64,000 nucleotides of DNA. It comes from Adineta vaga. Lineage: Eukaryota; Animalia; Rotifera. A program made the translations under genes and the position numbers. The notes below the pieces were generated by a model, which was given only the letters and a program-made list of their open reading frames with translations, ran no database searches and was not told the origin of the DNA. The stretch covers positions 13,702,001 to 13,766,000 of the forward strand of contig CP075492.1 of NCBI GenBank assembly GCA_021613535.1. The letters run 5' to 3'. Positions 52,201 to 62,907 of this stretch are shown piece after piece (the stretch's first letter is position 1; every line of letters starts with the position of its first letter).

Positions 52201-53276
52201 CTATCTAAAAAAACAGATCCTTCATACACTACATCTTGGTTCGAACGAAATCGATGCAGAAGGAATGGAATCGATATCTAATGCATTTCGAGAAAATAAA
52301 GTACATATTGTTGTACCTAGCTTATTGTTATCATATGTCCACTTCTGTTACCCAGACACTCGTTGTTCTTGATCTTCAATCAGATGAGATTGGTGATAAT
52401 GGTGTTCAATATTTAGCTGATGCTATTCGAAACCATCAAGTACTTATTATCATTCATTTTTTTTTCTTATGCATATATTGATGTGGAAATTCTTCTGTTT
52501 AGACAATAACTACTATAGATCTGTCAGATAATAGTATCGGTGCTGAAGGAATACAACACTTAGCCAACGTTCTTCGTGATAATACCGTAATGATCAGTTC
52601 TAAGTTCTTTTTCTGTTACCATTGATAAACAATTTTCTTACAGATGCTTACAAAACTTGACCTCTCGTTCAATCTTATTGGTGCTGAAGGAGCACGATAT
52701 TTGAGTGAAACTATACGAGAGAATACGGTAAATATTTTTTTTTAATTTTCTCATATTATTAGAGATTTCGTTTTATGTATATCGAATGTATAGACAATTA
52801 CTTCATTGAATCTTCATTCGAATGAAATTGGTACTGAAGGCGCACAATATTTGGCTGATGCCTTTCGAAATAATAAAGTGAGTTGTTTTTCTTTTTCTAT
52901 TATCTATTTAGTCCTTTGATGAAAACGTTTATTTTCCAACTTTAGACATTGACAACAATCAATCTTCGTTCGAACGGAATTGGAGATAAAGGAGCGCAAT
53001 ATTTAACAAATGCATTGCAAAGTAACAAGATATTGACCAATCTTGATCTATCTGACAATGGTATTGGAGACAGAGGAGTGCATCTGTTGACTACTGCTCT
53101 ACGTGATAATAAAGTAATCATCGAATTTTATTTTACTTGAGTATATTCTGATTTCTATTTGTCGAATGTAGAATCTCACTATTTTCCATCTTGAAGGCAA
53201 TGAGATCGGCAAAATATCGAAACATCGTGTCATGCAAACTTTCAAGGAACATAGTGGATTGAGATTATTTTTTTAG
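46293..53276 (+). CDS. Array of ~50 RI/NLR-type 28-aa leucine-rich repeats, one repeat per exon
   Basis: I counted 49 AG/GT-flanked phase-0 exons, mostly 84 nt, with consensus TLTTLDLxxNxIGxEGAxxLAxAxRxNx (e.g. 46293-46376 TLEQLDFSNKQIGYKGAEQLADAVRNST). No stops seen in them. The terminal exon 53172-53276 ends in TAG. Confidence 0.93.
48213..48247. repeat. (CATT)n microsatellite in an LRR-array intron
   Basis: About 9 perfect CATT units. Confidence 0.9.
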
Positions 53277-53648
53277 CACTATTATAAAATTAACTTTGTT
53301 CATAGCTTATAGTTAATCTCCAAATAAATTTATTACATATTACATCAGAAAACTAAATACACTCAATGTGCATAAGAAGATAAAGTAAGATGACCTGTTT
53401 GTTTGCATTCAGACTTTCTTCAAAGTTTGCACGTAGAATACAAAATTAAGACTTAATGTATAGTGATAAAAGCTAAGTTGACATAAAAAATTATAGATCT
53501 GTTATATGGAGTTATACTTCGCAGAAGCTTTGTCTCTATTAATGAAGGATATTCTGTTTATTGAAATATAGATGAGGATGAGTGGGTGGGTGGGTGTGTA
53601 CATATAAGATTAATGTTCAAACTAGAATAGTTCCTTTGTTGTAGAAAA

Positions 53649-54653
53649 TTAGTGATTGATTGTAGGAAGTTTTAAAGATAACATATTTGCATTGGTTTGT
53701 GAATGTGGGTGTGTTGGAGCTGTTTTAGTTAAGAGATTCGGTCCAACTCTTCCATTGATTTCATGGCATCCAAATAGTTTATTACATTCTCGTCGAAATT
53801 CTTTGAATGTAATGTAATAAAGTGGACAGGATAAAATATGATAAGTATACAGAGTTGAATCTAAGGTTTTCGCTAATGTTGTTGTTGGAACCGTAAAAAA
53901 AAATGCAGCAACAATAGTTGCTGGAATGGTCATAAGTAAAAAGAGAAATGTTGTAATTACCAAAGTAATTGATATTGCTCGATGTTGACTATGATGATTT
54001 TTAATGATAAGTGCTCGTCGACGACTAGTCAAATGATAGATGACGAAACTATTGAAGATAACCATGAAAATAAATGGTGCGCAATTGTACACACCTAAAT
54101 TAATATAATCCCAAAGCGGATAGATTTTGTATAATGCAGCATTAGGACTAATAGTTCCATTAGGTCGGTAATAGCAAGCAAAAATGAAAAAATGAAAATT
54201 GAATAGCGTAATAATGATAATGGTGCTGACAATTAAAATAAGAACACCTTTTTGACGACTATACCAAGGACGATGAAGACGGCTTGCTGCTATATATCGA
54301 TCAAGACACATTAATACCCGAAGCCAAGCTGATGATTGTCCAGCAAAGTAATTCAAAAAGCCAAAAATCTTGCATGTTACCATTGAATATGTTAAAAGTA
54401 TAAAACCATGTTCAATTGAAAGATAATGATCAAGATTCCAACCATATAACATCAGAATATCAAATACGGCTATTGTACGCATATAATAAATAATAGGTTG
54501 TTTCTTTGTATCTCGAAAAGCTGGCCGACAAAGAATATACAAAGTAAAAAGATTGAGGATAGTACCAACAATAACCAATGTTAATGGATAATAAGCAGCA
54601 ACCAATGGTTCACTTGATGTAACGCTTGCTGTTGTTGGTGTGCTATTCGACAT
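53649..54653 (-). CDS. Rhodopsin-like peptide-receptor-type GPCR
   Basis: GTILN in TM1, TM2 Asp, CKIFGF, CLDRY, TM5 Pro, CPLYY..FKEFR. Confidence 0.88.
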   Translation of the reverse strand: MSNSTPTTASVTSSEPLVAAYYPLTLVIVGTILNLFTLYILCRPAFRDTKKQPIIYYMRTIAVFDILMLYGWNLDHYLSIEHGFILLTYSMVTCKIFGFLNYFAGQSSAWLRVLMCLDRYIAASRLHRPWYSRQKGVLILIVSTIIIITLFNFHFFIFACYYRPNGTISPNAALYKIYPLWDYINLGVYNCAPFIFMVIFNSFVIYHLTSRRRALIIKNHHSQHRAISITLVITTFLFLLMTIPATIVAAFFFTVPTTTLAKTLDSTLYTYHILSCPLYYITFKEFRRECNKLFGCHEINGRVGPNLLTKTAPTHPHSQTNANMLSLKLPTINH

Positions 54654-57600
54654 GATCGATCAAAAAGCCAGAGGTATATTGATGTCAGATAATCTATCAA
54701 AAGAGAGTAGAACTCGTAAGAAGTACTCTAAAAAAAGAACTTATTAGAAAAAATCTTTTCGCTATTCTATATATATATCTATACGTACTATCTCCTCAAT
54801 ATCTAACGGCGACATTTTCTTGTTAAAATAATTAACAGCGACGAAGGAAATTAAGAAAAAAGAAACTTGACAATCGTTCATGTTTTTTAACAGCGGAAGT
54901 TTCGTCTATGAATAATATTTCTGTTGATTGAATATTATTACGAGTAAATGATTCCAATTATATTTCGAAGTTCAAGTATTTTGATCGAGTTCTCATAGTT
55001 AAATAAAGTTCATACAATATATTTCTCCTACATTTTTTTACTTCATTTCAAAGATAAATTCACCACAAAAATGAATTCAACGTTCTCACATTTGAATAAT
55101 TATTTTGCACATCTTTATATACTTGATATATCCCGTTCACCTGTCGGATTTGATAAAAAAAAATAATGACGTATATACGGAGACATCTAATCTACTTTTC
55201 TTGTCTCCTAAATCAGCGAAGACATGATAAAGGCCGAGTTCATTTTGCTAATGAAATCTAATTTAGTACGTTTCACTATGAAAATGAAATTACATCAGCA
55301 ATAACTGAATCAAGTAGGTTAAATCTGGCAGTTCTTTTTTAATTCATTCTTTTTAGAATATTTCATTGTATTTCCCAGTATGCATAAACATAAGGAAAAA
55401 AACCTGACATTTAAAACCTTCGTAATGCTAATGACTGTGATCTTTTGAATTCAGGCAAACATCTTCACTTCTTTATCATCATGAAAGTCATGAAAAAGAT
55501 GCCTATATTTTCTATTTAAAGCAATATATTAATAGCGTGTCTGAAACAAACTATTCATTCAAATTCAATGCTAGACACACATTGTACAACAGAAGGATCA
55601 ATTCAATTTCGATCAGTTAAAAATCGTCGTTTCCATGACTGTGAATATTATTTCACGAAAACATATATCACTTGTCTTATACATAGAATTTCATCCAAGA
55701 AAATCTTACTACATAGTTCAGTTTGATAGTTGAACCAATTATATATGGACTTAATCTTTCCATTGCTAATCGTGCAAGATCATCTCAATTGATTACTAAA
55801 TTAATTATATAAATATGATAAATAACAACAGGTATCATTAGAATGATGAACAGGATATTAATAGTGGAAGAAATCCACTCAATATCGGATAGAAAACGAA
55901 AAACATAGAATAGTAGAGATTACACATTGAGTTAAAGATACTGTACTCATTTGTCGTACATATAAATGATGATTTGTTGAGAGATATTGATCAAATGCTG
56001 CTAAACACATTGTAAATAATCTATACTTAATAGAAATGTTTGTTCAATTATTGTTCGAATTTTACAACAGACTGATGAATACTGAGAAAGATCAGATCCA
56101 TAAAGAATTATTGAAAAACGTAGATCAAAATAGAAGATTAATAAATGATTCACTTATTAAATACAATAGACTAATATAAATGGTATATTGTTGAAATATA
56201 TCGATAATTGATTCAGTTGTATATTGAGAAGACATTTATTGATATCAGACAGTCAAAACAAAGCTTTAGAATTTATGCAGGCGAAAAAGAAAAACTGACA
56301 TTTGTCAAATTGAAGTAATTATCAAGTTCCGTAGTACCGCAACATGAAGAATAGTTTCATTCATGCTGTTTCATAATGAAAGTACGAGGACCTAAATCAT
56401 TAAGATTTTAAGGTACACTGTGGGTAGATTCAAAATAAAGGGATTTTTGATGATGAAAAATTCTTGTATATAATAGTAGACAAAAAAAAGATGAGTATTA
56501 GATTTACAATGATGTCAATTGTCGTCTTTTTCCAGAGAGAATGTATAGTTTACGAAACATGCATTAAGAATAAAATACTTCAATGACAGTTTAGATAGTT
56601 CAGTAGAGTGAATATGAAAGATGATAATATTTTCATTCATAAAATAAGGATAGAAAAACTATGGATTAAAGTATTACTTTAGATTATTACAAGTATCGAA
56701 TGTTGATTGCCAAATATACTTACGAAGACAGAAATGAAACATGAAAATGATGTTAATTCAAGGAAGTTTTTAATAACTAAACTAATCGTACCTCATTGAA
56801 GCACTTTTGATTAGTTTACTGGTGATATGAAGTTTAGCGACTGCGTGGGAATTAGACAAACTATTCAAAAACGTACATCCTCTCTCAACAGGTCTATGTT
56901 ATCTTTAATATCGTAGCAATTATTTTTCAATATTCGTACTTATGAAGACATCCATCTGGATATCAAACAATTAATCCGATATGACTAGTTCTTCATATAT
57001 TCAAATGCATCAGATTCCAAATATCATCCTGAAAATCTTATTGGTTTTTTATTATTAACTGACGTGAATTACTGATTAAATATTATAAAATTATTGAAAT
57101 TGTGAAGATGGCATATAATTTAAATGTCATCGTTTCATAAGATCTTGCAAATCTGCATCTTTTTATAATTGTCAAAGAAAGATTTCAAGAAATTCAGCTG
57201 TATAGTATACATCGTAGGTGACTACACAAATAATACAGCAGAAATAAGTTTTAAAGGTGAAGATGAAAATCTTTTACTTTCACGCTTATTCATAAGTATA
57301 CCTATAGTTGTTCGAAATAAATATATGAATCAACGTGTTGAGAATGTTTACATCATTACTAACTATAGAAGCAAGATTTCTTAATCTAGTGGCAAAATCG
57401 ATATGCAAAATTATTACACTGATTTCCATTTACTGATTCAAAGGTGGAAAATAATATAGTCACAGACTAGTATATGTAGTGAATAAGAATATTAAGATAA
57501 TCTAGTTTACTACACCCATCATAGATTTCGGATAAACTAACGACAAAGACATGATATATATTTTTCTATTAGATTCTTGTGTTATCAATTCTATGGATCT

Positions 57601-58376
57601 AAACAAAAACAATGCATACCTTCTTCCATCAACCTGACATATGACACAGTGCAAAGTCTAAAGCAATAGAGAAAATCTCAATATCTTAGTTACTCAAACA
57701 AAGATGATGACTGAAATAGCTCCAGTAACGACAAAACTTTCTGCTATACGCCGTTTTATTGAATTTATCCAATAAATTCAATTTATGCAATCTACAATGC
57801 ATAGTTAAACAACAAATATAGCAAATGCTACGTCTAGCACAATAGAATCAACGAGCAGTTCAACAACTACCGAAACGTCTGGCAATGGTTCAATGCAAGA
57901 TATAACTGATATGCTTAGTTTATTCGCACTTGACTCTCACAAAGTACTAAACTACAGATTTTTAATCATATTGTGCGCCAGAAAGGATCTTATACAAACT
58001 TTTTTTTACCTATATTCAAATAATTCAATGATAAGAAGAGTATCCTTTATTTTCAAGATTTTATCATACCGTCCTTGGATTATTAATCGGAAACTAAAAC
58101 TAACATAATTGTCAAAGTTTTTATATGTCGCAGCAAAATGACGAATTGATCGATTCAAAACGATGCTGCTGAAAACGTCATATTCTCATACGCATGTTGA
58201 ATTGTCGTCAACGCATTAAAACATTTTCAAAATCGACTGTCAAAGAAAGAAATGTTACTATTGAATTGCAGCGAATCGAATTGTTTATAATGCGACTACA
58301 ACAACAAATTTATAACACATTTCTTTTTTTTCTCTAAATTTCTTTAACGATGTGTGAAAGATTTTTTAGATTACAA

Positions 58377-59881
58377 ATGTCAGCCATACTAAGATCGATT
58401 ATGTTATCATCTGGAATTCTTCTGTGCACAACGATGTTCGTCGTCTGCTCGATGACAGACAGAAATACTAGTCATATAGTATTGATTACATCGCCTTTCT
58501 ATGGTCATATGATTCCAATGATAGATTTAGCTAAACGTTTAGCTGTTCATCATTATGTTACTTATATTGTATCAGTATCTAAACTTGATATACTCAAACA
58601 TCGTGGATTTATTGACGAAAACGAAACGAATGATTTGAATGATTCAAGACTAAAGATAATTGGTTTATATGATGGTAATAATGATGATTATGAAGTAAGT
58701 TGAATCATACTGGAAATGAAACATAATTACGTATTTCGAAAAAAAAACAATGGAAGTAAGAGAAGTCATTTTGTTAATAGGCTACCAATCCCGATACTAT
58801 CAATCATATTCCATTAATACTCGATCGAATGCATGAACCACTTTTACAGCTTCTTTTTCCTGTATCGACTACTTCTTCGTCTTCTCGACTGATTCGTTAT
58901 CCCATTGATCTAATCATTTCAGATCTATTCATTGTCTCACCTGTTTTTGAAGGCTCTAAAAGAGGTATTATGACTTATTTCTTTGTGCCTAACAATTTGA
59001 GAGCGCATATGAATTATATCAATCTATCATCGAAAAAAATTCAAAATGATGAATCGGGTATAGATTTTGATCGTTCTCTACACAAAGCAATGTCCTTTGT
59101 CAAAGGACTGGTTTGTAATTCGATTCGTGAATTAGATAGACAATCTCTTCAAGATTTACGACAAAAAACAGTACCAGGTTCAGATAAACCCATTTTCTTT
59201 ATCGCACCACTTATGTCCGAAGATCATCTCGACGAAAAATACCGTGATGCAAGTGTTAAACAATGGTTAGATACACAATGGAAAAAAACAAATGGTATAC
59301 CATCTGTAATCTATATTAGTTTTGGATCATGGGCCTATCTCAAACCAAAACAACTCGAGGAAATTATTTGTGCTCTTAAACAATATCCTTTTATTTGGTC
59401 ATTGAAAGCAAATTTACAAGCAACAATTTCATCTTCGTCGATTCATAAAGATAAACATATACTTCTTCAGTGGGCTCCGCAACGATCGATTCTTTCACAT
59501 CCTGCAATACGTCTATTTATTTCACATGGTGGTTGGAATAGTCTACTTGAAGGTATGTTAGCTGGAAAACCAATACTTGTTTGGCCTCTATTTGGTGATC
59601 AAATTATTAATGGACTTCGATTAGAAGTTGAATTTGAGATGGGTCGATGTATAAGATATGCTGATCTTTCTAGTGGTCAACGACTTGTATCGAGTGATGA
59701 GCTGACACAATACTTAAAAGAAATATTCAATCAAGAAATGACCTACGTTCGAAATGCTCAACATATTCGACAAATAATGATGCATGCTAAAGAGAGAAGT
59801 TCCCGGAAAGATTTCGAAAAGATTATCAAAATTGTTAATAATCGAATAGCTACACAACCAACTAAACACACTGATTTGTGA
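58377..59881 (+). CDS. UDP-glycosyltransferase family 1 (PSPG-box type), 2 exons
   Basis: Catalytic-His motif PFYGHMIP, YISFGS, and PSPG box WAPQRSILSHPAIRLFISHGGWNSLLEG..PILVWPLFGDQ. Intron 58695-58780 restores the frame. Confidence 0.92.
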
Positions 59882-60253
59882 TCTAATATAAATTTATTCA
59901 CTTCCAAACAATATAATTGATAAAGCTGACTAAATAGATTTCGAAAGAACAATAATATCATGTACATCAAAATACAATCGTTTTTTAGATAAGAAGAAAA
60001 CAAAATCCGTATTCATTAACCGTACACAGACGTTTTGTTCTGTTTACTTGAATACATCGTTATGTTTCCTTTCCTTATCATACATTCATGTATTAATCTC
60101 TCATAATTTTCTTATCTGAATTTCTTTTCGAACAAAATTCCACAAGAAATAATCGATGTTATTTGTAACTCTTAGAACTACCTAGAATAACATTTATTGA
60201 CGAATGCATTCTTCATACTTATTTTTTTCATAGCAACATGCAAAAAACATCAG

Positions 60254-61351
60254 TTAGAGAACTTCTTTAAATAATTGTTTATAGAGTTCGATGCGTTTAT
60301 CACCAGCCCATTCACTTTGAGCCATTTGCTGCATAATGATACTATATTCTGTTTGTGATGGTGCAGTATTAACTTCGAGAAAAAAGATTTTCTCATCTGG
60401 AAGTTTAAGCATCAAATCAATTCGAACTAGTCCACTTAAATTAAGCTTTTCATACAGTTCACGTACACCAATTTCTACTCGTTTCTTTATTTCTTCATTC
60501 AGATTTGCCGGAGTGATTACTTGAGTTTCTGGACTGCCTTCAAATTTTGTTTCACTATCGAAGAAACCTGATGCTCGTTGATGAACGATTTCTGTAATAG
60601 GTAAAACTTGAATATCACCATTGATTTTAAAAAGACCAACAGTTAATTCACGACCATCAATAAATTGTTCGACAAGGATTTGATTTGATTCTTTGAAAGC
60701 AACATTGAAAGCTTCGTTCAATTGTGATATTTCCGTTATTTTTGTTACTCCAAGACTCGAACCAGAATCTGCAGGTTTAACGATTAATGGCAAACGAAAA
60801 TGATTCGTTTCAAGTGCATGTAATACTAATGAATCATCAACTGATACAGAACGAAAGACGTCAATGGATGGTGAAACGTGAATAATAGAAGAATTGAAAG
60901 AACGAACTATTCGATTGGCGATACTTTTATTGAATGTAATAGCTAAAATATAGATTCTTATATAATAAAATGAAATTATTTCAAATATACCTGATGAAAG
61001 AAGATTACATCCAATAAATGGTACATTAGAAATCTGTAGATATCCTTGTATTTGACCATCTTCACCTGGAGCGCCACCAATCAGAAGAAAAGCTAATTTG
61101 AATTTAATTGTCTCTTGATTTGGTAATGTTAATGAAAAATTATTTCGATCAATATGAATTTTTTGTTCATTATTATTCGAATCTTCGTAATACCATCCAT
61201 CTTTATTAACATAAATTAAATAGGTTTGATACTCTTCATCTCCTTGAAAAAGTTTCTCAATATGTTTGGCACTCCAAACAGCACAAACACCTTCGGGAGA
61301 ATATCCACCAGCAAGAAGAGCAATCGGTGCGCTTTTATTACTTTTTTTCAT
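60254..61351 (-). CDS. ddl: D-alanine--D-alanine ligase family ATP-grasp enzyme, with a 48-nt in-frame intron
   Basis: GGYSPE, PGEDGQIQG, VKPADSGSSLG, VEQFIDGRELTV, RIDL, LEVNT. Removing GT..AG 60990-60943 restores LLSSAITFNK. Confidence 0.9.
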   Translation of the reverse strand: MKKSNKSAPIALLAGGYSPEGVCAVWSAKHIEKLFQGDEEYQTYLIYVNKDGWYYEDSNNNEQKIHIDRNNFSLTLPNQETIKFKLAFLLIGGAPGEDGQIQGYLQISNVPFIGCNLLSSGIFEIISFYYIRIYILAITFNKSIANRIVRSFNSSIIHVSPSIDVFRSVSVDDSLVLHALETNHFRLPLIVKPADSGSSLGVTKITEISQLNEAFNVAFKESNQILVEQFIDGRELTVGLFKINGDIQVLPITEIVHQRASGFFDSETKFEGSPETQVITPANLNEEIKKRVEIGVRELYEKLNLSGLVRIDLMLKLPDEKIFFLEVNTAPSQTEYSIIMQQMAQSEWAGDKRIELYKQLFKEVL

Positions 61352-61523
61352 TTATGCACTCGATGAGACGACAATGTGTAAATGATTTTTACTCAAGGTT
61401 TTATTCTGCAGAACGGAAAGAAAGATAAATATACAGGCTTATGAAACTATGCTAATCAAGTGAAGAAAAATAAAAGCACGTTTATCTCACACGTAGTAAT
61501 TGTTATTTACAGAGAAATACGAC

Positions 61524-62784
61524 ATGTGTTCACTTCATCGATCTATACTAGCACCAAATGAATGTACAGTATCTGAGATTGTTACTGCATCTTCGATTAT
61601 GCGCATTGATTTGAATGCAATGCGATGTAATCTCGAGCAATTCTGCAGTGTTGTTGCATCAACAACCAAAATGATGATGATAGTTAAAGCTTCAGCATAT
61701 GGTGTTGGTATAAAAAAAATTGGTAAATGGGCAGAAAAAACACGTTTAATCGATTATTTAGCTGTAGTATATACAGCAGAAGGTGTAGAACTAAGGAAAG
61801 CAAATATTCATTTACCAATTATGGTAATTAACATTGATAAAGAAGATTTTAAGATATGTCAAGAATACAATCTTGAACTAGTTATCTATTCTATCTCATT
61901 ATTACAACAATTGATGATATGGCTTGAAAAAAATACTCAAAGTACGTAAAAATCGGATATTCTATTTATTGTATTTATTCTTTTTAGTATGTAGCTTTCC
62001 AAGCATTCACGTAAAGATAAATACTGGTATGAATCGTTTAGGATTGGATATAGATGAAATTCCGGTGTTTCTGAATATTCTCTTCAAGTATACTAGGTGT
62101 CGTCTGATGGTGAAATCGATTTATACCCATGTAGCAGCTAGTGATGATCCTCAGGAAGATCAATATACAGCCGACCAAACACGTGCCTATCTTTCCAGTG
62201 TTCATATCTTGGAGACAGGTCTTGGTTATACAGTATTGAAACATATGTGTAATTCAATGGGTATTTTACGTCATCCAAATCTTCATTTTGATATGGTGCG
62301 AGTAGGAGGTGGTTTATATGGTGCTGCTGAATGTTTCCTACCATATATGTCAACATTGTTACCTGCTATATCTATGATGAGTACTGTCACACAAGTACGT
62401 CATGTTAAAAAAGATTCGACAATTGGTTATAACCGACGTGGACGAGTCAATCGTGATTCTTTTATTGGGATCCTTCGTCTTGGTTATGCCGATGGTTTAC
62501 GACGACAACTAGGAAATGGACATGGACATGTATGGATACATGATTGTCGAGTGTCATTTATTGGTTCTATATGTATGGATTTTGCTATGATCGATCTGAC
62601 CGATGTTCCAGTTGATAACAAGTATGAATTAGAAAATGAATCTGTCGAAATATTTGGTAGTCATAATAATATTGAAGAAATAGCTCGGTGTTCTGATACG
62701 ATTGTGTTTGATTTTATTTCAACTATTGGTAAAAGAGTAAAGCGTGTGTATATCGAGGATGAAAAGAATAAAGAAGATTTTTAG
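61524..62784 (+). CDS. alr: Alanine racemase, 2 exons
   Basis: PLP lysine motif VKASAYGVG, HVKINTGMNRLG, YTHVA, catalytic Tyr motif TIGY, GYADG, GSICMD. Intron 61942-61987 (or 61946-61994) joins the two ORFs in frame. Confidence 0.93.
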
Positions 62785-62907
62785 TGCTTACAAAATAGAA
62801 TTTTATGTTCCGTAACAGATTAAATTAGAATGTAGTATATTTATTTAAAAGCATTAAACGGCACAAATAAATATATGAACAAAAAAATGACAAATAAAAG
62901 ATTCTAT

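Noticed and set aside
46293-53113. ~140-nt periodic array as a CRISPR-like or satellite repeat
   Set aside because: The periodic units are GT-AG-flanked exons conserved at the protein level, not identical DNA repeats.
53582-53598. GTGG-rich run as a telomeric repeat
   Set aside because: Only about three GTGG units, not a tandem telomeric array.
54700-58300. Possible genes in the long spacer before the UGT
   Set aside because: Only short, stop-riddled fragments with no assignable family.
60254-61351. Ddl-like gene as MysD partner of mysC
   Set aside because: It has classical Ddl motifs (GGxSxE, PGEDG) rather than the MysD-type N-terminus. It is paired with alr and lies ~37 kb from mysC.
22118-62784. 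Bacterial contamination explaining the bacterial-type genes
   Set aside because: These genes are interleaved with metazoan genes and share the same AT-rich composition. alr, ddl and the UGT contain spliceosomal introns.
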